NCBI GenBank assembly: GCA_029263215.1
Contig: JAJCXY010000093.1
Coordinates: 2,159-66,158, forward strand
Reading direction: 5' to 3'
Length of the DNA stretch: 64,000 nt
Source: Acidimicrobiales bacterium
GTDB taxonomy: Bacteria > Actinomycetota > Acidimicrobiia > Acidimicrobiales > Aldehydirespiratoraceae
The translations under genes and the position numbers were made by a program. A model generated the notes under the pieces. It had not been told where the DNA came from, did not search any database, and saw only the letters and a program-made list of their open reading frames with translations. This document shows, one piece after another, positions 53,363 through 61,428 of the stretch. The stretch's first letter is position 1. Each line of letters begins with the position of its first letter.

Positions 53363-54769
53363 TCACAGGGTCGGGCGGCCGATCGGACCGACGGCGGCTT
53401 CTAGCGCGCCACCAATCTGCAAGAGGCCACTCTCGTTCCACCTTTGCCCTACGAGCTGAGCACCGACCGGCATGCCGTTCTCGTCGAGACCGCACGGAAC
53501 GGTCAGCACCGGACACGGCGAGATCAGGTTCCACACCGCGGTCATGTCCGGGTCGTAGTTCTGGCCATCGTTCGAGGAGGGTGGATCCCAGTCTGAGATC
53601 GATGCGGGGATGGGTCCCGTCGCCATTGTGGGGCACAGCAAGGCGTCGCTTGCTTCGAGGATGGGGCGCATCCGGCGCCAGAGGTCGGAGCGGGTGTAGT
53701 CGACCTTCTTGTATTCCACTGCCGACATGACGGATCCGCGCTCGATGATGCCGAGAAGGTTGGGGTCCATGCGATCGCCGAACTCGGGAACCAGATGTCC
53801 GTAGTAGGTCGCCATGAAGACCTCCCACAGCTTGTTCCACTCCTTCTCCTCGACACCAGTGAACCGGGGGTGCACCTCCACGATTTCTGCCCCGGCGTTG
53901 GAGAGAGCGTCTGCTGCGTTTTGGACGGCAGCAGCGACGCCGGGTGCGACGTACCAGTTGTCGAGGTCGATGCTGAGCCCGATGCGCTTGCCGCGAACGT
54001 CGGGGACGACCGGGTCGGCGAGGTCTAGTGGTGTGGTGACCGAGAGAGGGTCGGATCCGTCGGGGCCTTGGGTGGCGCGCAGGAACAGGCGGGCGTCGTC
54101 GACGCAGCGGGCGATTGGCCCGTGATGGGAGATGGTGTCGAACAGGGCGGGGAGCACGTCCATCGGGATTCGGCCGAGCCCGGGCTTCAAGCCGACGACT
54201 CCGCACCACGCCGCTGGGATCCGAACCGAACCGCCCATGTCGGAACCCTCGGCGAGAGCCACACAACCGGAGGCGACTGCCGCTCCCGATCCGCCCGAGG
54301 AGCCACCGGTGGACAGGCTGCTATTCCAGGGGTTGCGGGTGATTCCCCAAAGTGGACTCTCCGTGACGAGGCTGTGCGCGAACTCGGGGCTGGTGGTCTT
54401 GCCGATCACGATTGCCCCGGCTCGTTGGAGAGCCGAGGCGATGGCGCCGTCGTGTTCCGGCACCCAGTGCTGGTGGCTGTACGACCCGAGCGTCGTGGTG
54501 TGGCCCGCGGTTGGCGTGGTGTCCTTCAGCGCGATTGGAACCCCGTGCAACACGCCTAGATCGTCGCCGTTGACCACCGTGTCGGCAGCTCGTTGCGCCG
54601 CAGCGCGTGCTTCGTCGTCCCAAACGAAGCAGAAGCAGTTGAGCGACTCGTTGATCTCGGCGATGCGGTCGAGAGCGTTGCCGACGAGATCCACGGGCGA
54701 GACGTCGCCACTCGCGACCCGCTGAGCCTGCTCACCCGCGGACAGGTACGCAAGATCGAGGTCGGCCAT
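53363..54769 (-). CDS. amidase (amidase-signature family)
   Basis: The AS motif is GGSSGGSGAAVASG, with the context KDTTPTAGHTTT. The protein is 468 aa. Confidence 0.9.
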   Translation of the reverse strand: MADLDLAYLSAGEQAQRVASGDVSPVDLVGNALDRIAEINESLNCFCFVWDDEARAAAQRAADTVVNGDDLGVLHGVPIALKDTTPTAGHTTTLGSYSHQHWVPEHDGAIASALQRAGAIVIGKTTSPEFAHSLVTESPLWGITRNPWNSSLSTGGSSGGSGAAVASGCVALAEGSDMGGSVRIPAAWCGVVGLKPGLGRIPMDVLPALFDTISHHGPIARCVDDARLFLRATQGPDGSDPLSVTTPLDLADPVVPDVRGKRIGLSIDLDNWYVAPGVAAAVQNAADALSNAGAEIVEVHPRFTGVEEKEWNKLWEVFMATYYGHLVPEFGDRMDPNLLGIIERGSVMSAVEYKKVDYTRSDLWRRMRPILEASDALLCPTMATGPIPASISDWDPPSSNDGQNYDPDMTAVWNLISPCPVLTVPCGLDENGMPVGAQLVGQRWNESGLLQIGGALEAAVGPIGRPTL

Positions 54770-54814
54770 TCGCAGACCCTAATCGCGCAACATTCTCGGC
54801 TATCGACTTGAATC

Positions 54815-55774
54815 TCACTGGCCCCGGCGGGCGTAGCTCGTGAGCCGGTCCATGACTGCGGTGCTCTCGTCGTCGAATACCCCGCCGTAGACGTTGAGCA
54901 CCAGCGTGGGGTTGGAGTGCCCGGCCCACTTGGCCGCAGCGCGCGGAGACGCCAGTGATCGGCTCCACATGGCGATACAGGTGTGGCGTAGGTCGTGGAT
55001 CCGGAGCCCTTCGAGGCCGGCAGCGATGGTTGCAGCTCGCCAGGTCCGCGATCGGAAGTTGCCCTCGGACAACGGCGATCCCCACGCCGACGTCCAGACG
55101 AGATCACGTGGCTCAAGGCCGCGCCCAGAGATATCGTCGCCGAGTTCCTGCATCACGAAGGGAGGGACCGGGACAGTTCGGCGGCCTGCCCTGGACTTGG
55201 GCGGCCCGAACGTCGGCGCGCCGTCAGCGCCGAGTGTTCGGGTTTCGACCACGTCGATGGTGCGTGCGGCGATGTCGACCCGTTCGACACGCAACGCCGC
55301 CAGCTCGCCGTGGCGGAGTCCGGCGTATGCACCGACGAGGACGAACGTGCGGTAGGGCTCGGCGATCGCTGAAGCGAGGCGGTCGACCTCCTCAGGGTCG
55401 AGGAAGCTCGGTTCCTTGTGTGGGATCTGCGGTAGCGCCAGACCCCGGGTGGGGTTCTGGGCGAGCAGTCCGGATCGCACGGCGATGTCCAACGACTGGG
55501 CGAGCAGTCCGGCCGCCTTCCTGACGGTTCGCGGCGCCAGGCCGGATCCGGCGAGTTCGGCCACGAACCGCTGGGCTGAGCGGAACCCGATCTGGTCGAT
55601 CGTTGTGTGGCCGAACACCGGATCGAGATGGCAGTTGTAGATCGAGTTGTCGCGTCGAAGGGTCGACGGCCGCACACCGACCCGCATCAGGGTGAACTCG
55701 GTCCACCATTCGCGAAAGGTTGGCACCGGTTCGCTCGGGGTGGTGAGCGGGTCCGGGCGCGCGTGGCCGTCCAT
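54815..55774 (-). CDS. tyrosine-type site-specific recombinase / integrase
   Basis: The N-terminal SAM-like core-binding domain contains FREWW...FVAEL. The catalytic segments are GLRHGEL, HDLRHTCIAMW and GHSNPTLVLNVYGGV. Confidence 0.9.
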   Translation of the reverse strand: MDGHARPDPLTTPSEPVPTFREWWTEFTLMRVGVRPSTLRRDNSIYNCHLDPVFGHTTIDQIGFRSAQRFVAELAGSGLAPRTVRKAAGLLAQSLDIAVRSGLLAQNPTRGLALPQIPHKEPSFLDPEEVDRLASAIAEPYRTFVLVGAYAGLRHGELAALRVERVDIAARTIDVVETRTLGADGAPTFGPPKSRAGRRTVPVPPFVMQELGDDISGRGLEPRDLVWTSAWGSPLSEGNFRSRTWRAATIAAGLEGLRIHDLRHTCIAMWSRSLASPRAAAKWAGHSNPTLVLNVYGGVFDDESTAVMDRLTSYARRGQ

Positions 55775-55801
55775 CGAGGATCCTTCGAACCTGGCCGCCG
55801 A

Positions 55802-56260
55802 TCAGCCGATTGCGCCGGACGCGATCAACGACGCGATCAACGACGCGATCGTGCCGATGATGAATACGGTGAGCGTGACTGTCACCGTGGCTGCGCCGAG
55901 CGTGACGGCGCGACCCAACTGGCCCATCTGAACACCGAGGTCGTCCATCTGCGTGCCGATGCTGTCCATCCGAGCGCTGACGTTGTCCATCCGAGCGCCA
56001 AGCGATGCTCCTTGCGCGGCCACGGTGCGTGTGAGCTCCTGGAGATCGCTCGAGGTCTGGTCGAGCCGAAGCGTCAACGTGTCGATCCGACCGTCGACCC
56101 TGTTGAGCTGGCGGTCGAGCTGCGTGAAATCTTCCTTTGTGGCGAGTTCGGTCCACGGGATGGGCGGCATGGACTCCATAATGGCATCTGCTGCCTGTTC
56201 ATCCATCAGTTCGATGAGGTACTGACGGATACGGAGGCGAGCACTTTCGTCTGCGGGCAT
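55802..56260 (-). CDS. tail-anchored coiled-coil protein, paralog P2
   Basis: It begins MPADESARLRIRQYLIELMDEQAADAIMESMPPIPWTELATKEDF. The heptad array is ARMDNVS ARMDSIG TQMDDLG VQMGQLG. The C-terminal TM helix is TVFIIGTIASLIASLIASGAIG. The ATG at 56260 lies inside the listed ORF. Confidence 0.7.
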   Translation of the reverse strand: MPADESARLRIRQYLIELMDEQAADAIMESMPPIPWTELATKEDFTQLDRQLNRVDGRIDTLTLRLDQTSSDLQELTRTVAAQGASLGARMDNVSARMDSIGTQMDDLGVQMGQLGRAVTLGAATVTVTLTVFIIGTIASLIASLIASGAIG

Positions 56261-56411
56261 TGGATCCCTCTTTGTTGCGTGAACATGAGGGGGAAGTGAG
56301 CGGTAGAGCCGACGATACGGCGCGGGTGTGACAGCTGGCCGAGTCGCCTGACAGGTTCTCTTCACTCGCCTCGATCAATCCGAGAAACGCGAACATTTGT
56401 GTGGGATTTGT

Positions 56412-59400
56412 CTACGCGCAGCCGAGCACCTGGAAGAGGCGGCCGCCGGGGCCGGGGACAAGGAGCGGGCCCCATTCGACCGCGCCGGTCGGATAGGTGA
56501 TCTGGGCGTGGGCGGTGTAGAGCGGGATGCCGTTTGTGACGTCGGGGCCGGGGGCATCGGCGACCATCGTGACCGATTCGGCCTGGAGCAGGCTCGCTTC
56601 AAGTTGGGCAATGCACGCTTCGGCGTTGGGCCCGGCGACGAGTGTGGGGATCACGGTGGCGATGACGCCGTCGCGGTCGCCGGCTGTGAGCGCGGCGTCG
56701 AGGCGAGAGAAGAAGTCGTTGAGCAGGATCTTCGTGAGGTGTTCGCCGGGGTCGCCGTCGATCGGGGTCCGCGGTTGGGTGCCCGACACGTCGGGCGGGA
56801 TGCCGGCATCGGCGTCGAAATCGACGGCCTCGCTGGAGATCGGGAGCAGAGGATCGTCGATTGAGGATCCGCTGATGTCGCCGCCGGAGGTCGCCGGGTT
56901 CGGGATCTCGCCGGGGTCGCCATCGTTGTGGAAGGCGGTGGCGCGGTAGCTGAGCGGACCGTCGGGCAGTTCTGACCGGGGGATGAACCAGACGAGCGTG
57001 TCGGCGAATTCGATCACTGCTGCCGCTGAGTGGCGAGGGTGATCAGGGGCGCCGTCGATGAACCCATCGGCTCGCATCTGTCGGTTGCCGTCGGCGTCGA
57101 TCTCGAGGCGGTACCAGAACTCGGTGCCGGTGAAGAAGTCGGCATCGAATTCGGGCGGTGCGGCGTAGTCGGTGTCGTCCTCTGCGTCGTCGAGGGCGAG
57201 GCCGTAGGTGAAGCCGCGAGCGCCTTCGCCGATCGGCCCGGCGAGTTCGACGCCGATGATGACGAATTCGCCGTCCGGGGCGGGCCCCGCACCGATCGGG
57301 CAGGTGACTCGGTATTCGCCCGTGTCGGCGCCACATGGGAACGCCGATGCGTTCAGCAGGCGGTTGACTCGGGTGCTCGCCAGACGGATGATCGCCGACC
57401 ACACCTCGTCAATCTGCGAAGCGGGCAACGGCTTGCCGTCGACGCCGACGATGGAGAACGTGGTGTCGTCGTCTTCGTCGTGCTCGACAACGAGGAAGGC
57501 GGCGGCGCCGTCGGGTCCCCCGAAGCGAGCAACGATGGCCTGTTGCTCGGTTAGGTCTGGTGCGGCATCGACCTCGCCCTCGTCCGACTCGGTGTCGTCC
57601 GCGCCCTCGTTGGCGGTGCCGTCAACGACGGGGTCGGTCTCGGGATCGCCGCCCGAGAGTGTGACTACGCCGATCACGATTGCGATCACCGCCACGACCA
57701 CGCCGGCAACGATGATCGGGAGCGAGTGCTTCGTCTCTCCGGGCCTGTCATCTGCGTCAGCGTCGTCGGCCGGGTAGTCGTCGCCGAGCCCGCCCATGTC
57801 AACCTCGGGCGGTTCGTACTCGCCATCGAGTTGGTCGAACTTCTTGTCGTCTTGGGCCTGGGCGTACGCGGCTTTCTGCTCGGGGGTCCAGTCTTCGCCG
57901 TCGTCGTCGGACGAGAAGCCGGTGCTGTCGTCCCAGACCGGATCAGGGTCGGTGGTGCGCCCGAGTCGGTGGGCAGCGCGGAGTTCACGGTCGCCTTTCG
58001 TGACCGAGAGGAGGGCCTGGTAGACCGCGTCGAGGACACTTGTGCGGTAGGTCGAGCGATCGTCGGTGTCGTGGTTGCCGGCGCTGATGATTCTTGGCAG
58101 GTGGCGTCGGCTGTCCCACACGCGAAGGGAGGCGCTCCACCCGCTGTAGTCGCGCACCGGACTCTCGGGGTCGAGTTCGTCGTCTCGTTGCTCCCACTCG
58201 TAGTAGCTGAGGTCGAGGATGAACCAGCCGGCGATGATCTGGTCGCGGCGCATCCACAGTGGCTGAGTGAGGTCGATCGGGCGGGCATGCTGGTCGACCG
58301 GGAAACGGAGGACGGTGCGGTGCTTCTCGAGGCTCTTCGGGTCGGGGTCTCGCCGACAGCTTTCGGGAAGGAACATGAGAAAGCCATCGACGTCGAAGCC
58401 GTACGCCCGCAGCGCGTCATGCGCCGCGAAACGGGCCCGCATGTGGTCGCGGTGCATGGCCTGATTCATGACGGCGTCTCTTGGCCAGCCGCGGGTGGGT
58501 CCGAGCCATCCGACCTGACGAGCCGCCTCTCGCCGATCGACGGGCACCTCGAGGCCGGAGCGCCAGGCCTTGATCTCGTCCTCGGTTGCCGGCTCGACTT
58601 CCTCATCGGGTGATGCGTCTTGTGCGGCAGGGCCGCCGGGCTGGACGATCTTGACGCTGCCGGGTCCGCTGGGCATGGCCACGATGGCCGGGTCGTCAGG
58701 CTCGTGTTGCGGCTCGGTTGCGGCGCCGGTCTCGACGTCGGGGCAGTAGTGCGTTTCGCAGTGAGCGAGCAGTTCGAGCAGATCAGCGATCTCTTGCTCG
58801 AACCGTTCGCTGTTTTGGAGATGACGATCGACGTCGGCGGACAGGGAAGCGATGTCGTACGCGGGGGTGTGACGATCGTCGACAAGTCGCTGGAGACGGG
58901 CGGCGTAGCCGACCTCGCTGCGGAGCTTCGTTCGCACGAAGTAGATCTCGTCGCACAACCCCTGGCAGGCCGGGCAGTTGCTCTTCGGGCGGAGCGAATC
59001 TGCGAGTGCGTAGTCCGTGGCTCCGGTGGCGTTGTACGGCTGGTCGCCCTGACGGTGGTCGTCGGTTGGCGGATCACAGAGGAACGTCGAGCACGCTTCG
59101 AGCATTCGCCGGGCCCTGGCCACGGCAGCTTCGGCGGCCTCGAGCTCTTCGGGGTCACGGAACTTGCCGGCCAGGAACGCGTCGTCGAGTGCAGCGAAGC
59201 GGCGCTGGGCTACTCGCAGGGCGTCGTGGTACGGCAGGCACGGCTCGCAAACATCGTCGCTCGTGCTGAAGGCAGGGACGCCGATCGGTTCCACCTCGGT
59301 CTCGACCCCGGATTCGGGCAAGAGCGCTTCGCCCTCAGCATCGTCCAGGTCGGCGTCGGGGTAGACCCCGTCGGGGTTCGGAACCCCATCGGTGAAGTCG

Positions 59401-59801
59401 CCGAGACCTTGAATCGCCTCGCTGACGTCCATGCCGCACTCTTCGATTCGGCACTCGATGAGCCTCTTGACGTACTGCGAGACAGAGACGCGAGTCGAGA
59501 TGATGAGCTTTGCGATCTTGGCCCGCGCCGCGCTGATCTCGGCGCTTCGATGACCGGGATACTCCCCTTCGAGAAACGCCAGGCGGAGGTCGTCCTGAAC
59601 GAATACGTCGATGTGGGCCCGGAGGAGGGTGATGGCTCGAGCCCACATCGCACACGGCTCGCAGTCGGCCTCGACCAGGTTGGCTTCCCAGTGCGAGCGG
59701 TAGATACCGCCCTCGGCGTAGGAGGTCCCCATCTGCCATGTGCGCGGGCTCTTGTCGCTCAGCCACTCCTCATCAGCAAATGGGTCGTAGTCGTTGCTCA
59801 C
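56412..59801 (-). CDS. 1129-aa orphan single-pass membrane protein; N-terminal about 690 aa with three CxxC...Cx4C modules; C-terminal about 410-aa ectodomain
   Basis: The long ORF has coding-like composition. One TM helix lies at about residues 693-716 (LPIIVAGVVVAVIAIVIGVVTL). The Cys pairs are C47/C50-C117/C122, C185/C188-C237/C242 and C276/C279-C348/C353. I recognise no known domain. Confidence 0.75.
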   Translation of the reverse strand: MSNDYDPFADEEWLSDKSPRTWQMGTSYAEGGIYRSHWEANLVEADCEPCAMWARAITLLRAHIDVFVQDDLRLAFLEGEYPGHRSAEISAARAKIAKLIISTRVSVSQYVKRLIECRIEECGMDVSEAIQGLGDFTDGVPNPDGVYPDADLDDAEGEALLPESGVETEVEPIGVPAFSTSDDVCEPCLPYHDALRVAQRRFAALDDAFLAGKFRDPEELEAAEAAVARARRMLEACSTFLCDPPTDDHRQGDQPYNATGATDYALADSLRPKSNCPACQGLCDEIYFVRTKLRSEVGYAARLQRLVDDRHTPAYDIASLSADVDRHLQNSERFEQEIADLLELLAHCETHYCPDVETGAATEPQHEPDDPAIVAMPSGPGSVKIVQPGGPAAQDASPDEEVEPATEDEIKAWRSGLEVPVDRREAARQVGWLGPTRGWPRDAVMNQAMHRDHMRARFAAHDALRAYGFDVDGFLMFLPESCRRDPDPKSLEKHRTVLRFPVDQHARPIDLTQPLWMRRDQIIAGWFILDLSYYEWEQRDDELDPESPVRDYSGWSASLRVWDSRRHLPRIISAGNHDTDDRSTYRTSVLDAVYQALLSVTKGDRELRAAHRLGRTTDPDPVWDDSTGFSSDDDGEDWTPEQKAAYAQAQDDKKFDQLDGEYEPPEVDMGGLGDDYPADDADADDRPGETKHSLPIIVAGVVVAVIAIVIGVVTLSGGDPETDPVVDGTANEGADDTESDEGEVDAAPDLTEQQAIVARFGGPDGAAAFLVVEHDEDDDTTFSIVGVDGKPLPASQIDEVWSAIIRLASTRVNRLLNASAFPCGADTGEYRVTCPIGAGPAPDGEFVIIGVELAGPIGEGARGFTYGLALDDAEDDTDYAAPPEFDADFFTGTEFWYRLEIDADGNRQMRADGFIDGAPDHPRHSAAAVIEFADTLVWFIPRSELPDGPLSYRATAFHNDGDPGEIPNPATSGGDISGSSIDDPLLPISSEAVDFDADAGIPPDVSGTQPRTPIDGDPGEHLTKILLNDFFSRLDAALTAGDRDGVIATVIPTLVAGPNAEACIAQLEASLLQAESVTMVADAPGPDVTNGIPLYTAHAQITYPTGAVEWGPLLVPGPGGRLFQVLGCA

Positions 59802-60253
59802 GGTTCACCTCGGCCGTCGATTCCAGAAAGGACTACCACCTGCTTCGTCGACGCGACAGCACGACGGTGAAGTGCTGTCGGTGGCGATCCGAGAGGTCCC
59901 GTCGTGCCAGAACGTCCATCCGACATCACCGAGTGGTCGGATGCAGATTGGGAGCAGTGGTTCGACGCTGAGGTGGTCGACTCGAACGATTGGTTGTGGG
60001 GTGTTGCGACCGACCCCGACCTGACCGGGTGTCCAGGGTTCCGGCGTTGGCCGACATGAGGGCGGCGCTGTCTCGCAACTACTCCGAGACTCCGGGGATG
60101 GGCCAGTTCTTCCCGGAGCATTCGTCCGATGGTGCGGGCGCGTTCTGGCTGCGTAGCTCGTGCCGCAGATCGTGGACTCGGAAACCTTCGAGGCCGGGTT
60201 TGGTCGGGGCGCAAGTGTGCGTCCATCTCGGCTCTTCAGACGTGACCTGCCGA

Positions 60254-60718
60254 TCAGCCGAAGGCGCCGGCGACGATCAGCGATGCGATCGTGCCGATCA
60301 TGAACACGACGACCGTGATCGCCATAGTGGCCGCACCGATCGTGACGGCACGACCCAGCTGGCCCATCTGGACACCGAGATCGTCCATACGGACCCCGAT
60401 GCCGTCCATGCGAACGCTCACACCATCTAGGCGGTCACTCACGCCGTCGATACGAGCGTCGAGCCGTTCGCCAAGTCGGTCGATGCGGGAGCCGAGCGAG
60501 GCGCCCTGCTCGGCAACGGTGCGGGTCAGCTGTTGGATGTCGCTCAAGTTTTGATCCGCTCTGAGCGTCAACGTGTCGAGCCGGCCGTCGAGACGTTCGA
60601 CATCAGCCTTGGTGGCGAGGTCGGCCCAAACGATCGGCGGCATGGACTCCATCATGACGTCTGCTGCTTATTCGTCCATCAGCCCGGTCAGGTACTGACA
60701 GATTCGGAGGCGGGTGGC
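60254..60718 (-). pseudogene. tail-anchored coiled-coil paralog P3 with an in-frame TAA and a degenerate 5' end
   Basis: The frame reads ..RLRICQYLTGLMDE*AADVMMESMPPIVWADLATKADVERLDGR... The TAA is at 60668-60670, where P2 has Gln (CAG). No start codon is present at the position of MPADES. A shorter product from MMESMPP (60655) remains possible. Confidence 0.55.
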
Positions 60719-60757
60719 CGGCCGCGCGTGGGCGCGTCCATGTGTCGGGATCGTGTG

Positions 60758-61216
60758 TCAGCCGACGGTGGTGACCATCACCGCAACGACGCCGACGAAC
60801 AGCGTCATCATGGCGAACACGATCATGCGCGTCGTTTCGATGTAGCGAACCGACAGGCGGCCCTCGAGCAGGGCCAGCTCACCGGCGTGGCGATGACCCT
60901 GTGCATCGATCAGGCCTTCGAGTCCTTCGCCCTGTGCTCGGATCGCCGAATCGAGCCGTTCGCCCTGTGCTCGGATCGCCGAGCCGACCCGCTCTTCGGT
61001 ATCGGCCAGAGCTCCTTCGAACCGATCGCCAAGATCGACGAGAGCCGATTCGAGGCGCTCGCTCCTTGCATCGAGGCGCGCCACGTCGTCCTTGGTGGCG
61101 AGTTGATCCCAACGCATGGGTGGCATGGACTCCATCATGGCATCAGCCAAGTCGGAATCAAGTAGTTCAGTCAGACGGCGGTGCAGACGAAGACGAATGG
61201 ATTCGTCGGAAGACAT
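60758..61216 (-). CDS. tail-anchored coiled-coil protein, paralog P4
   Basis: It begins MSSDESIRLRLHRRLTELLDSDLADAMMESMPPMRWDQLATKDDVARLD. The C-terminal TM helix is MIVFAMMTLFVGVVAVMVTTVG. It contains a 33-nt perfect tandem duplication. Confidence 0.7.
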   Translation of the reverse strand: MSSDESIRLRLHRRLTELLDSDLADAMMESMPPMRWDQLATKDDVARLDARSERLESALVDLGDRFEGALADTEERVGSAIRAQGERLDSAIRAQGEGLEGLIDAQGHRHAGELALLEGRLSVRYIETTRMIVFAMMTLFVGVVAVMVTTVG

Positions 61217-61367
61217 GGGGTTCCCTCGGTGTGTGGAGTACGACGAGGGGAAGTAGTCGCGAACATACCCAAGAGGTGTGACAGCCAAGCGGTGAACGGT
61301 GGAGTGCGGCGCTTCTCTTCATGAGATCGGTTCTTCGGCGGAAAGCCAGTCGACGGATCATCAAGAA

Positions 61368-61420
61368 TTGACAGAGCTTATGAATCGCTGACATAAGAGT
61401 CATAAGATTAGATAAGATCT
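61368..61420 (+). promoter_or_regulatory. AT-rich promoter region with TTGACA and three phased ATAAGA repeats upstream of the ATPase gene
   Basis: TTGACA is at 61368-61373. ATAAGA occurs at 61393, 61402 and 61412, a spacing of 9-10 nt. TAAGAT at 61413-61418 fits the actinobacterial TANNNT -10 box. It ends 10 nt before the ATG at 61429, which would give a near-leaderless mRNA. No SD was seen. Confidence 0.35.
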
Positions 61421-61428
61421 ATCAAACC

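Noticed and set aside
53271-54266. The upstream part of the 407-aa minus ORF 53043..54266
   Set aside because: It overlaps the amidase gene out of frame and is Arg/Pro-rich. Only its last 75 codons (the polA-like fragment) carry a recognisable signal.
54770-55801. Search for a tRNA gene or att-type direct repeat flanking the integrase
   Set aside because: I found no cloverleaf-compatible sequence (no GGTTCGAATCC-like T-arm) anywhere in the window. No short direct repeat is evident by eye next to the integrase. tRNAscan-SE/ARAGORN and a repeat finder are needed.
59798-60226. 142-aa minus-strand ORF in the gap upstream of the giant gene
   Set aside because: It has Arg/Pro/Ser-rich shadow-like composition and overlaps the giant gene start codon. 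The plus-strand small ORF at 59904-60059 looks more protein-like, although it is itself weak.
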